This document shows positions 27,570 through 36,600 of a stretch of DNA of 64,000 nt, piece after piece. This stretch comes from Candidatus Poribacteria bacterium (GTDB taxonomy: Bacteria; Poribacteria; WGA-4E; WGA-3G), in assembly GCA_965198235.1 (NCBI GenBank), contig OZ240248.1, positions 4,320,001-4,384,000 of the forward strand. Direction: 5' to 3'. A program made the translations under genes and the position numbers. The first letter of the stretch is position 1. The number at the start of each line of letters is the position of its first letter. The notes beneath the pieces were generated by a model that had not been told where the DNA came from, did not search any database, and saw only the letters and a program-made list of their open reading frames with translations.

Positions 27570-29309
27570 ATGAAAGATGTTCTGCGACTTCTGTCATATA
27601 TAAAACCGTATTGGCATTTCCAAGTGCTTTACATTCTTTGCCAGCTCGGCTACTTTGGCGGGTTTATCGTTCTCCCTTGGATTGAAAAGATTCTGATTGA
27701 CGATGTCTTTCTCGCAAAAAATGCCGATAAACTGCTGCCCACTTGCGGACTTTGGATGCTGATAGCATTTGGCATGTACCTCTTTACACTTGGGTTCGCC
27801 TATTTTCCCATAAAGGTCTCACAAAATGCCGCGAAAGACATCGAACTCCAAGCCTACCACCATCTCCGTAGATTAGGGTTCAAGTTCTATGACACACAGC
27901 AAACCGGCAATGTCATGGCACTGTTCACGTCAGACACACCAAAGGCGATAGAGGGATTTCAGATATTTGCCAGCGACTATCCGACAAACACCATCCTGCT
28001 CATTGTTACCATCCCTGTCGTCATGCACGTCAGTTGGCAGTTATGCCTTCTCTCACTGCTCCTCGTCGGTGTGACTGTCTTGATGCCTATTTTTTTAAAC
28101 AAATCCCTTAATCGAATCGGGGAAGAAGTTCAAGAACAAAACGCTGTGCTGTCAAGCAACCTACAAGAAAGTATCGCCGGTTCCCGAGAACTCAAGGGAT
28201 TGGGAAAAGAACTTTACGATCTAAAAAACATCCATCACTTCCTGAAACAACTTGCGACAATTCGCATCAAACAGGTAAAGATCCAAAAGGTAGGGGATAT
28301 CTCAGTCATCTGGTGGCTAAGCAATGCGCTGGTGTTTCTGGTGGGAGGCGGGTATGTCTTACAAGATGCTATGACCGTGGGAGAACTCGTTGCAGTAGTC
28401 ATGTGGTTCAATGCCCTGCAACGTCCCGTGCACTTTCTCGTAATCCTGCATCTCAGCATTCCATCAGTCATGGCGGCTGCTCGCCGAATTTTCGCGTTCT
28501 TTGACGAACACGAGGAAGAACCGCAAGACGGGACACTGATCACGCAAATTGAGGGCAGCGTTCAATTCTCCGATGTCTCCTTTGAATACAGTGAAGCACA
28601 ACCCGTTTTGAAACGGATTCGTTTTCAAGCAGAACCCGGCGAAACAATTGCCATCGTTGGACCCAGCGGTGCTGGTAAGAGTACCTTGGTTAGCCTAATT
28701 CCGCGCTTCTACGAACCCCAACACGGTAATATCCTCATTGATACCACACCGATTGATACAATTCAAATTCAATCGTTACGCTCACATATCGGCATCGTTT
28801 TTCAAGATCCATATCTATTCGCTGAGAGTATCGCCTATAACATCCGTCTGGGTGCGGAAGACCCAGACGTAGTAACACACGAAGAGATAGTCACCGCCGC
28901 AAAGTTAGCAAACGCACACGACTTCATCATGAATTTCCCTGAGCAATATGAGAGTGAAGTCGGTGAGCGCGGGGTTCAGTTATCCGGCGGCGAGCAACAA
29001 CGGGTTGCCATTGCCCGCGTGCTCATCAGAGACCCCAAAATCCTCATTCTCGATGAGGCTACCTCGTCTCTGGATGCAGAATCCGAGGGATTGGTCCAAG
29101 AAGCACTCACACGCCTCATGAAAGGACGCACCAGTTTCGTCATCGCTCACCGACTCTCAACCATCTTGAACGCTGACAAGATTCTCGTACTTAGCGATGG
29201 AGAACTCGTTGAATCCGGCACGCATGTTGCGTTGATTCAACGGAGCGGTGTATACTACGATCTATTCCAGAAACAGTTCGCAGGGATGCAAAAAGGGGAC
29301 GTAACATGA
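27570..29309 (+). CDS. ABC exporter, fused permease/ATPase (MsbA-like)
   Basis: TM domain, then GPSGAGKST, LSGGEQQR, ILILDEATSSLD and IAHRLST. Start set by alignment with the paralogue (MKDVLRLLSY). Confidence 0.92.
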   Translation: MKDVLRLLSYIKPYWHFQVLYILCQLGYFGGFIVLPWIEKILIDDVFLAKNADKLLPTCGLWMLIAFGMYLFTLGFAYFPIKVSQNAAKDIELQAYHHLRRLGFKFYDTQQTGNVMALFTSDTPKAIEGFQIFASDYPTNTILLIVTIPVVMHVSWQLCLLSLLLVGVTVLMPIFLNKSLNRIGEEVQEQNAVLSSNLQESIAGSRELKGLGKELYDLKNIHHFLKQLATIRIKQVKIQKVGDISVIWWLSNALVFLVGGGYVLQDAMTVGELVAVVMWFNALQRPVHFLVILHLSIPSVMAAARRIFAFFDEHEEEPQDGTLITQIEGSVQFSDVSFEYSEAQPVLKRIRFQAEPGETIAIVGPSGAGKSTLVSLIPRFYEPQHGNILIDTTPIDTIQIQSLRSHIGIVFQDPYLFAESIAYNIRLGAEDPDVVTHEEIVTAAKLANAHDFIMNFPEQYESEVGERGVQLSGGEQQRVAIARVLIRDPKILILDEATSSLDAESEGLVQEALTRLMKGRTSFVIAHRLSTILNADKILVLSDGELVESGTHVALIQRSGVYYDLFQKQFAGMQKGDVT

Positions 29310-31063
29310 AAGACGTTCTGCGACTGTTGTCGTATCTAAAACCGTATTGGTATTTCCAACTGCTCTTTATCTTCTGCGCACTGGGCAACTCAGGCTGTAG
29401 TCTCATTTGGCCCTGGCTTCGGAAAATTCTGATCGACGACGTCTTTATCGTAAAAAACGCTGAACTGCTGCTGCCTACCTGCGGATTCTATGCACTGACA
29501 GCAGTCGGTATGTACTTCTTCCGATTTGGAGCCGCTTATTTCCCCGCGAAGGTTTCAGAGAATGGAGGGAAAGACATTCAACTCGAAGCCTACCACCACT
29601 TACGCAAATTAGGATTCAAATTTTACGACACGCACCAGACTGGAAAAGTCATGGCAACCTTCACATCAGACACGCCAAAAGCGGTGCAAGGATTCAATCT
29701 CTTTGCTGGTGATTATATCATAAACGGTATCATGCTCGTTGTAACACTCGGTATTATTACATACATCAACTATCAGTTGTGTATTCTCTCTTTATTACTT
29801 GTCGCCGTAAACATTATCATTCCCGCCGTTTTAGATAAACCGCTCAGTCGAATGAGTGAGGAAATCCAAGAACAGAACGCGCTACTATCGAGCAAACTAC
29901 AGGAAAGCATTGCAGGCTCTCGCGAACTCAAAGGATTAGGAAAAGAATTTTATGATTTACAGAACCTCCGCCAGTTTATCGAACGGCTCATCGCAATCAG
30001 CATCAGGCAGGGACTCATCCGGCAGGCGGGTGGTGGGTTTACCATCATTCTATTCTGGTTAGCCCAAGGTCTCATATTTTTGATAGGCGGCGGTTACGTC
30101 CTGCGCGATGCACTCACCATCGGCGAACTGCTTGTTATCATACACTACTTTGGCAACGTGCATACGCCTGTGTCACAACTTATAAAACTCCACCTCGGAA
30201 TACCATCGATCATGGTTGCGGCTCGGCGTATTTTTGTGTTCTTCGATGAACACGAAGAAGAATCGCAAGAAGGAACACCAATAGAACATGTTGAGGGACG
30301 TGTCCAATTTTCCAATATCTCCTTTGGATATAACGAAGCGGAACCCATTTTACAAGAAATGAACTTTCAAGCGGAACCCGATGAGACAGTTGCATTAGTT
30401 GGACCCAGTGGCGCAGGTAAAAGTACCCTGATTAGTTTAATTCCACGTTTCTATGACCCACAGCAAGGCAGTATTTTGATAGACACCATCCCCACCAAAG
30501 AGATCCAAATTCAGTCCCTACGCACCCATATCGGTATCGTTTTTCAAGATCCGTACCTGTTCGCTGAGAGCATCGCCTACAATATCCGACTGGGCACCGA
30601 AGACCCAGAAGCAGTAACACACGAGCAAGTTGTCGCCGCCGCAAAATTAGCAAACGCACATGACTTTATCATGAATTTCGCAGAACAGTATGAGACCAAA
30701 GTTGGTGAGCGCGGCGTTCGACTCTCTGGCGGTGAGCAGCAACGGATCGCTATCGCGCGGGTGTTGATTAGAGATCCCAAAATCCTCATTCTCGATGAGG
30801 CTACATCATCCTTGGATGCCGAATCCGAGGCACTCGTCCAAGAGGCGCTCACACGCCTCATGAAAGGACGAACCAGTTTCGTCATCGCACACCGACTCTC
30901 AACCATTTTAGATGCTGACAAAATCCTCGTTCTCAAAGAGGGTAGGCTCGTTGAAACCGGTACACATGCCGGACTGATTCAACAAGGTGGTGTCTACCAC
31001 GACCTATTCCAGAAACAGTTCGCAGGAATACAAGTAGGCAACTATGGTAAAATCCACAATTAA
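29306..31063 (+). CDS. ABC exporter, tandem paralogue
   Basis: Same motifs; ATGA overlap with the previous gene. Confidence 0.92.
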   Translation: MKDVLRLLSYLKPYWYFQLLFIFCALGNSGCSLIWPWLRKILIDDVFIVKNAELLLPTCGFYALTAVGMYFFRFGAAYFPAKVSENGGKDIQLEAYHHLRKLGFKFYDTHQTGKVMATFTSDTPKAVQGFNLFAGDYIINGIMLVVTLGIITYINYQLCILSLLLVAVNIIIPAVLDKPLSRMSEEIQEQNALLSSKLQESIAGSRELKGLGKEFYDLQNLRQFIERLIAISIRQGLIRQAGGGFTIILFWLAQGLIFLIGGGYVLRDALTIGELLVIIHYFGNVHTPVSQLIKLHLGIPSIMVAARRIFVFFDEHEEESQEGTPIEHVEGRVQFSNISFGYNEAEPILQEMNFQAEPDETVALVGPSGAGKSTLISLIPRFYDPQQGSILIDTIPTKEIQIQSLRTHIGIVFQDPYLFAESIAYNIRLGTEDPEAVTHEQVVAAAKLANAHDFIMNFAEQYETKVGERGVRLSGGEQQRIAIARVLIRDPKILILDEATSSLDAESEALVQEALTRLMKGRTSFVIAHRLSTILDADKILVLKEGRLVETGTHAGLIQQGGVYHDLFQKQFAGIQVGNYGKIHN

Positions 31064-31169
31064 GTGTACATTGGAGAGATAGCAAGGTTAGGAAACCTCG
31101 CCAACGGAGATGGTGCGTTTACGTCCGATCTCTCGCGAAAATGTCTATTTATTTCTCGGTTTTACCATA
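31043..31169. mobile_element. 127-bp MITE-like element (family B) with 10-bp terminal inverted repeats
   Basis: TATGGTAAAA (31043-31052) and TTTTACCATA (31160-31169); internal GCAAGGTT/AACCTCGC hairpin; partial homologue at 1542-1629. Confidence 0.7.
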
Positions 31170-31215
31170 AATCATTGGCATCACCGAAATTACTTAACAT
31201 AAGTTGAAAAAGTGC

Positions 31216-31245
31216 TTGACTTTAACGCGTCTTTTCTGATAAAAT
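31216..31245 (+). promoter_or_regulatory. sigma70 promoter of dnaN
   Basis: TTGACT-18-TAAAAT with TG extension, followed by an AAGGAG RBS. Confidence 0.6.
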
Positions 31246-31274
31246 TGTAAAAATGATTATAAGGAGAACCGGAA

Positions 31275-32378
31275 ATGGAACTAACCTTTGAAAAAGATGA
31301 CCTCTTGCACTCTTTGCAAGTGCTACAAGGCGTAGCGAGCGGGCGCACGACCCTACCTATTCTTTCAAACGTGCTTATCCAAGCCGCTGATGGGAAAATT
31401 GAATGTATCGCCACAGATCTGGAGGTCGGGATTAAGATCAAGGTGGAAGGTGCCATTCAAGAAGACGGGGGAATCACCGTCTCTGCCAAAAAGTTGGCAG
31501 ACATTGTCAAAGAATTGCCCGAAGACAAACCGATACACTTCGCAACGACAGCAAATGACCGGGTTGAAATCACTTGTGGGAACGGCGTTTATAAAATCAT
31601 TGGACTTCCGGACGAAGAATTCCCACAATTGCCTTCTGTTGACGGAGACTCATTAACTATCGACGGACCTATCCTGCGTGATCTACTCCACAAAACCGAA
31701 TTTGCCGCCGCAACGGAGGATGTCCGCTACTTCCTAAACGGACTCTACTTTAATTTCCTTCCAGATAAAACGGAAGTCGTTGCAACTGATATGAGATGGC
31801 TCTCACTCGTACGCTGTGAACTGCTCACGTCGTCGGAGAACGTAAAAGGGTTCATCATCCCACTCAAAGCCGTTAAAGAGATCGCTCGCACTTTTGCTGA
31901 ATCTGAGGAAGTACAGATCTCAATTTTTGAAAATCAGATTCTCTTCGCTGATGAGAACGCTACCTTAACCACGCGGCTCGTAGAGGGGGATTATCCGCCA
32001 TACCAGAAAATCATTCCTGAAGCTGCGGAAGGCAGAGTGGTAGTCTCTAAAGAACAGATCCTGCACGCGACACGGCGCGTTGCGTTGCTATCGAATCCGA
32101 AGAACTATGCGATTGCTTTGGAAATCAATACTGAGCAGGTCCAGATTTCGGCGAAGACCCCGGAATTAGGAGAGGCATACGAGCCCATTCCAGTAGAGTC
32201 TGGTACTGGACGCATACGGATTGGAATCGATGCACGCTTGTTGATAGGGACTTTGGGACACATCGAGGCGGAATCAATCGCAATAGAATTTAAAAGTGAA
32301 GTGGAGCCTGTAGTCTTTAAACCGATCGGTGAGGAAAATCACATCTGTCTTGTGATGCCGATGCGTCTGGAATCCTAA
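31275..32378 (+). CDS. dnaN: DNA polymerase III beta sliding clamp
   Basis: TLPILSNVL, ATDLEV, EEFPQLP, RYFLNG, VATD, RLVEGDYPPY and LVMPMRL motifs. Confidence 0.95.
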   Translation: MELTFEKDDLLHSLQVLQGVASGRTTLPILSNVLIQAADGKIECIATDLEVGIKIKVEGAIQEDGGITVSAKKLADIVKELPEDKPIHFATTANDRVEITCGNGVYKIIGLPDEEFPQLPSVDGDSLTIDGPILRDLLHKTEFAAATEDVRYFLNGLYFNFLPDKTEVVATDMRWLSLVRCELLTSSENVKGFIIPLKAVKEIARTFAESEEVQISIFENQILFADENATLTTRLVEGDYPPYQKIIPEAAEGRVVVSKEQILHATRRVALLSNPKNYAIALEINTEQVQISAKTPELGEAYEPIPVESGTGRIRIGIDARLLIGTLGHIEAESIAIEFKSEVEPVVFKPIGEENHICLVMPMRLES

Positions 32379-32406
32379 AGACGAATTTTGCAGTCACGAG
32401 GTCCGA

Positions 32407-32460
32407 AGACATCACCCTCCCACTGTAGGGATAGAGACATCACCCTACAGTAGGGATAGA
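32407..32460. repeat. Short tandem REP-like duplication
   Basis: AGACATCACCCT...GTAGGGATAGA occurs twice. Confidence 0.55.
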
Positions 32461-32527
32461 TGCTGTTTCGTGCCTTCGCTTTCGCGCGCAGATGTCCGGA
32501 AAAAAGCGATCTTTTTTTCCAAAAAAC

Positions 32528-32556
32528 TTGACATCCCCTCCGTTTTATGGTATTAT
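32528..32556 (+). promoter_or_regulatory. sigma70 promoter of the tRNA pair
   Basis: TTGACA-17-TATTAT, 12 bp upstream of tRNA-Phe. Confidence 0.8.
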
Positions 32557-32568
32557 TATATATTTGAT

Positions 32569-32641
<73 letters not shown>

Positions 32642-32670
32642 CTTCCTTTCTAACCATAATAATTTGCTAA

Positions 32671-32742
32671 GCCGGTGTAGCTCAGTGGAAGAGCAACTGA
32701 TTCGTAATCAGTAGGTCGGAGGTTCAAATCCTCTCATCGGCT
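32671..32742 (+). tRNA. tRNA-Thr (CGT), CCA not encoded
   Basis: GCCGGTG/CATCGGC acceptor stem, ACTGA-TTCGTAA-TCAGT anticodon arm, GGTTCAAATCC T-arm. Confidence 0.96.
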
Positions 32743-32880
32743 TTCTGTTTTTGAAGGACCGTTTTCGGTTCCATCGCCACCTTTCCCACCACAACGCATT
32801 TGCAATCAGTAAGATGCCGATCCTTTCATCAGTCTACTTTCTATTTCCAATGCAGTAGCCTGAAAGTCAAGGAGCTAACC

Positions 32881-33339
32881 ATGATGATTAGTGTCGGAGC
32901 ATTACAAAAAGCGTTGAAAGCAATAATCCCTCGTTTGCCCATGAGAGTTCAAAAATTGATGCCAGGGCTATTACCCTTCCTGCCATTAGCGTTTGAAATC
33001 GCTAAACTCTTATACACACATCGTGAAAAAATTAGGGATATTATCGGTAATCTGACGAAACAGACTCCAAACGCTGTTAAAAAGGAGGCTAATGGAATAG
33101 CAGAGACTGTTCCTCGTCTACCTAAGAAGATGGGGCGAAAGTTGCGTCGTTGGTTGGAGTATTTACCATTTGCTCTTGAGATTGCTAAGGCATCTTACGA
33201 AAAGAATAGTGGAAAAGTTCGTAGTTTAACAGCACCATTCCCAAGCAAGGTTAAAAAGAGAATTGGTAGAATATTAAAACGGCATCATTACCGGTCGCGT
33301 TGGAACTTTCTCCGTAGATTCCAACGTCGGAAGGACTGA
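32881..33339 (+). CDS. Basic hypothetical protein with an internal two-fold repeat
   Basis: AAGGAG RBS before ATG 32881; PRLP...LPFLPLAFEIAK and PRLP...LEYLPFALEIAK repeats. Confidence 0.6.
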   Translation: MMISVGALQKALKAIIPRLPMRVQKLMPGLLPFLPLAFEIAKLLYTHREKIRDIIGNLTKQTPNAVKKEANGIAETVPRLPKKMGRKLRRWLEYLPFALEIAKASYEKNSGKVRSLTAPFPSKVKKRIGRILKRHHYRSRWNFLRRFQRRKD

Positions 33340-33426
33340 ACTGTGGCAATCGTTTTTGTAGCAGCAGAATGAAGAGAGATTGTTCTCCCTTAATATTATG
33401 GGGTTATCCGTAAGAGCCGTTTCTTA

Positions 33427-34536
33427 TTACTCTTCGGATTCCATCTCGGCAGCAATATCTTCCTCAAGCGACTTGACATTTGCTAAGACAGTCGGGTGCG
33501 GCTCAATTTCATACACCTTGCGGTACACGTTCAGCGCAGCTTCCTTATCACCAAGGAAACTCGCATAAATTTCACCCATCCGTTCCCACGCACGAACTTC
33601 CTCCGGATCAAGTTCCACAATCCGTTCATAGACTTGCAACGCATCCACGTACTGACGCGTTTCGATATCCTGTCGCTCAAGCGCAGATGCCCGCACAAAG
33701 AGCAGTCGGATGAGATCATCAACAACTTCGTTCATTTCAGGCATCTTTTCATGTGCCTGCCCCAAGAAGAGAATCGACTCCGACTCAAGTCGTGTAACCT
33801 CAGCCAAATCCTCTTGGGTGAATTCCCTATCAAGAAACTGATAACCCTGAAGCATTTTGGTATATGTTCTCGACAGTTGAAGGCGAGCAAGGATACCGAT
33901 AGGTGCTTTTTCAGACGGGATGTTTAAGAACTCTGGATCGTTTTCAATTGCTTTTGCATAGTGCTTGGAGGCTAGCTCAAACTGCTTACTTCCCTGATAA
34001 AGAACACCGAGGAGATAGTGTGCTTCAGCATTGTTTGGAGCATTCTTGAGCACAGCGAGGAATTCTTCGGTGGCTTCCGCGAGCAACCCGTCATCACGAA
34101 ACAGTTTGCCGCGTAAGAGGCGGACTCCCGTATGTTCAGGCTGAATGCGCGCCGCATATTCCAAACGCGCCTGTGCATCTCTCAACCAATTACTTTGTAA
34201 ATAGATCTCTGCAATGCGGAGATTGGCGTGCAAACGAACTTCCGCACTCGTCTGTGAGGTGCCGTTTATCGAGATCCCTTGGATTTCATCCTCCGTTTCC
34301 AACGCTTGTAATGCCTGCCAATAGTAGAGGGCAGCATCGACAAGGTCCTGTTTCTTAAAGAGAGCATCTGCCTTCTCAATGAAAGCACTCACCTGCGATA
34401 GTGATGGCGATTCGGGTTCGGCAGTACCACGTTGAATATAGAAAAACGCAAGCACGACAAAACCGATTACTGCAACCACTTCTGCATAAAAAAGCCAACT
34501 CCGCAAGGAAACCAAGGATTTTGCATTAAACGGCAT
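33427..34536 (-). CDS. Membrane-anchored TPR protein
   Basis: N-terminal TM segment; TPR motifs AEAHYLLGVLY and RAWERMGEIY. Start ATG 34536 after AAGGAG. Confidence 0.8.
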   Translation of the reverse strand: MPFNAKSLVSLRSWLFYAEVVAVIGFVVLAFFYIQRGTAEPESPSLSQVSAFIEKADALFKKQDLVDAALYYWQALQALETEDEIQGISINGTSQTSAEVRLHANLRIAEIYLQSNWLRDAQARLEYAARIQPEHTGVRLLRGKLFRDDGLLAEATEEFLAVLKNAPNNAEAHYLLGVLYQGSKQFELASKHYAKAIENDPEFLNIPSEKAPIGILARLQLSRTYTKMLQGYQFLDREFTQEDLAEVTRLESESILFLGQAHEKMPEMNEVVDDLIRLLFVRASALERQDIETRQYVDALQVYERIVELDPEEVRAWERMGEIYASFLGDKEAALNVYRKVYEIEPHPTVLANVKSLEEDIAAEMESEE

Positions 34537-34609
34537 ATTTACTCCTTTGTCTCGACCTGAAGCATAAGGTAATAGAAGGGTTGCTTCGGCGGACACTCAA
34601 AACGACGCG

Positions 34610-36583
34610 CTACTGTGGACGTTTTTCAATGTCGTCAAGAATGCCAAGCATCTTCTCCGCACCAACAAATCCGGTGAATCGCTTGAGAACAGTGCCATCA
34701 GCATCCATAAAAATGACGACCGGTAATCCGGGAATCTGATATTTCTCGGTTAACGCCTCAGTCGTTTCGGAGCTGCGGGTGAAATCGAGTTTAACATTCA
34801 CATAATCATCGAGTTTCGCAGCGACCGCGGGATCCGCATAAGTTTTATGATCAAGTTCTTTACACGCAGCACACCAAGAGGCATAAAAATCAAGCATTAC
34901 GAGTTTGTCTTCCCGCTTCGCAATTTCAAATCCTTCGACCTCGTCGTAAATCCAATCCAAGTGGGGTCCGGCAGGCTGTTGGATACCTCCAACAAACATA
35001 TAGGCACCCAGTACTGCCAGCAAAAGTCCGCACGCCTTTTGGAATCGCATCCGTGGAGAGATGCCGCTGAAACGTTGTGTCAACTTACCGAGCCACACCC
35101 CAATGAGCACTAAACCCCCCGCAATCGCAAAAAACGGCAGCGAGTTCTGTAGGAAATCCTGCAACGGTGGAAACACATCTTTAAGAAAGTAGAGTGCCAT
35201 CGTAATAATGGCAATGCCGAAGACGTTTTCCAAAACATACATCCATCCACCTGAACGTGGTAGCGCGGAGAGCAACCCAGAGAACGTGCCAATGCCGATA
35301 AAGAGGAGTCCCATTCCGAGGGCGTAAGTGAACATGAGCCAGAATCCGAGGAAGAGACTTCCCGTCGTCGCGATATAAGTTAGCACGACTGCCAATGCAG
35401 GTCCCGTGCAAGGTGCGGCGATCACCCCTGCGACTGTCCCCATAGCGAAGGCACCTGCGAATCCGGTACCGCCAACGGTGTTCAGACGGTTCTGCACCGC
35501 ATACGGCAACCGAATCTCAAAAACACCGAACATAGACAGTCCCAAGGTCACAAGAATTAGACTGATGAAACCGACGACCCACGGGTTTGCCATTATCTGA
35601 CCGAAGACCGCCCCGGTCGAGGCAACCGCCACGCCTAAAATCGAATAGGTCATAACGATCCCGAGCACATACACAACAGAAAGTAGGAAAGACTTGAGAA
35701 AACCAGCAGACTCATTGGCACCGAAGACAGAAACGGTGATCGGTATGAGTGGGTAAACACACGGAGTCAAACTCGTCAAGATGCCCCCTGCAAACACAAG
35801 TAGGAATGCGAGCCAAACTTGCCCACCGGAGAGCGCCCGCGCGAGGCTACCTTCGTCGGCGCCGCTACTCGGCGGTGCACCGAATTGGACATTGGCGAAA
35901 ACCGCTTCATTAATCCGCTGAATGGTGTCCTCAATACCAACAATTTCAATAGGGACCGCAAAAGCAAGAACTTCGGGTAATAGACACTGCTCATCGTTAC
36001 ACGCCTGATATCTCAGTTCCAAATCCAGCATCATAGGGTCGAGCGGAGCAGTTTGACCTAAATCGGCTTGGACCCCGATAGTAATGGTATCGTGATAGAC
36101 TGGAGCTTCTCCAATTGAACCGAGTGCCAATACTTCACCCTTGGGATATACGACTTCACCGAAAGTAAGATGCGGCGTATCGGGTAAAATGACCTCGGTC
36201 GCGATTAATCCTTGATTCGCTGGATTGGCGTTGACGTGCCACCCTTCGGCAATCTCAACGACAACTGCAATTTGGAATTGGCTACCAGGTTGCACCTTGT
36301 CAATCGAGAGGTACCCCTTTGCCGAGAGTTTTTCAACAGGTAGTTTTTCACCAAATCCGAAATCCGTGAACTGCGCCTGTACATAAGCAGGAGCAATCAT
36401 TGTGATAAGCACTAACAGCCCACAGAATAGATTTTTAACTATGGGATCCTGGGCATCGTTCCAAATGTAAAGCCAAGACAAATTATGCCATTTAAGGAAA
36501 CCTAATTTCGTTTCACGAGGGTGTTTGGTGAATCGCGACTGGGTTAAAGGTATGTACGGTTTTAAGATCGTTCTCTCTGCCAT
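34610..36583 (-). CDS. dsbD: Thiol:disulfide interchange protein DsbD (alpha, membrane and thioredoxin domains)
   Basis: GWHVNAN and YQACNDEQC, SLTPCVYPLIP, AAPCTGP, and DFYASWCAACK motifs. Confidence 0.92.
   Translation of the reverse strand: MAERTILKPYIPLTQSRFTKHPRETKLGFLKWHNLSWLYIWNDAQDPIVKNLFCGLLVLITMIAPAYVQAQFTDFGFGEKLPVEKLSAKGYLSIDKVQPGSQFQIAVVVEIAEGWHVNANPANQGLIATEVILPDTPHLTFGEVVYPKGEVLALGSIGEAPVYHDTITIGVQADLGQTAPLDPMMLDLELRYQACNDEQCLLPEVLAFAVPIEIVGIEDTIQRINEAVFANVQFGAPPSSGADEGSLARALSGGQVWLAFLLVFAGGILTSLTPCVYPLIPITVSVFGANESAGFLKSFLLSVVYVLGIVMTYSILGVAVASTGAVFGQIMANPWVVGFISLILVTLGLSMFGVFEIRLPYAVQNRLNTVGGTGFAGAFAMGTVAGVIAAPCTGPALAVVLTYIATTGSLFLGFWLMFTYALGMGLLFIGIGTFSGLLSALPRSGGWMYVLENVFGIAIITMALYFLKDVFPPLQDFLQNSLPFFAIAGGLVLIGVWLGKLTQRFSGISPRMRFQKACGLLLAVLGAYMFVGGIQQPAGPHLDWIYDEVEGFEIAKREDKLVMLDFYASWCAACKELDHKTYADPAVAAKLDDYVNVKLDFTRSSETTEALTEKYQIPGLPVVIFMDADGTVLKRFTGFVGAEKMLGILDDIEKRPQ
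36432..36545 (-). repeat. Family A repeat (right half) inside the dsbD 5' coding region
   Basis: CACCCTCGTGAAACGAA...TGGAACGATGCCCAGG..CCCATAGTTAAAAA, shared with 38953-39033, with an extra 42 bp. Confidence 0.85.
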
Positions 36584-36600
36584 GGGTTAATTCTCCTCAA

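Noticed and set aside
31064-32568. Replication origin near dnaN
   Set aside because: No dnaA, recF or gyrB, and no cluster of TTATCCACA boxes seen.
32671-33400. Integrated element at tRNA-Thr
   Set aside because: No integrase and no duplicated tRNA 3' end noticed in the window.
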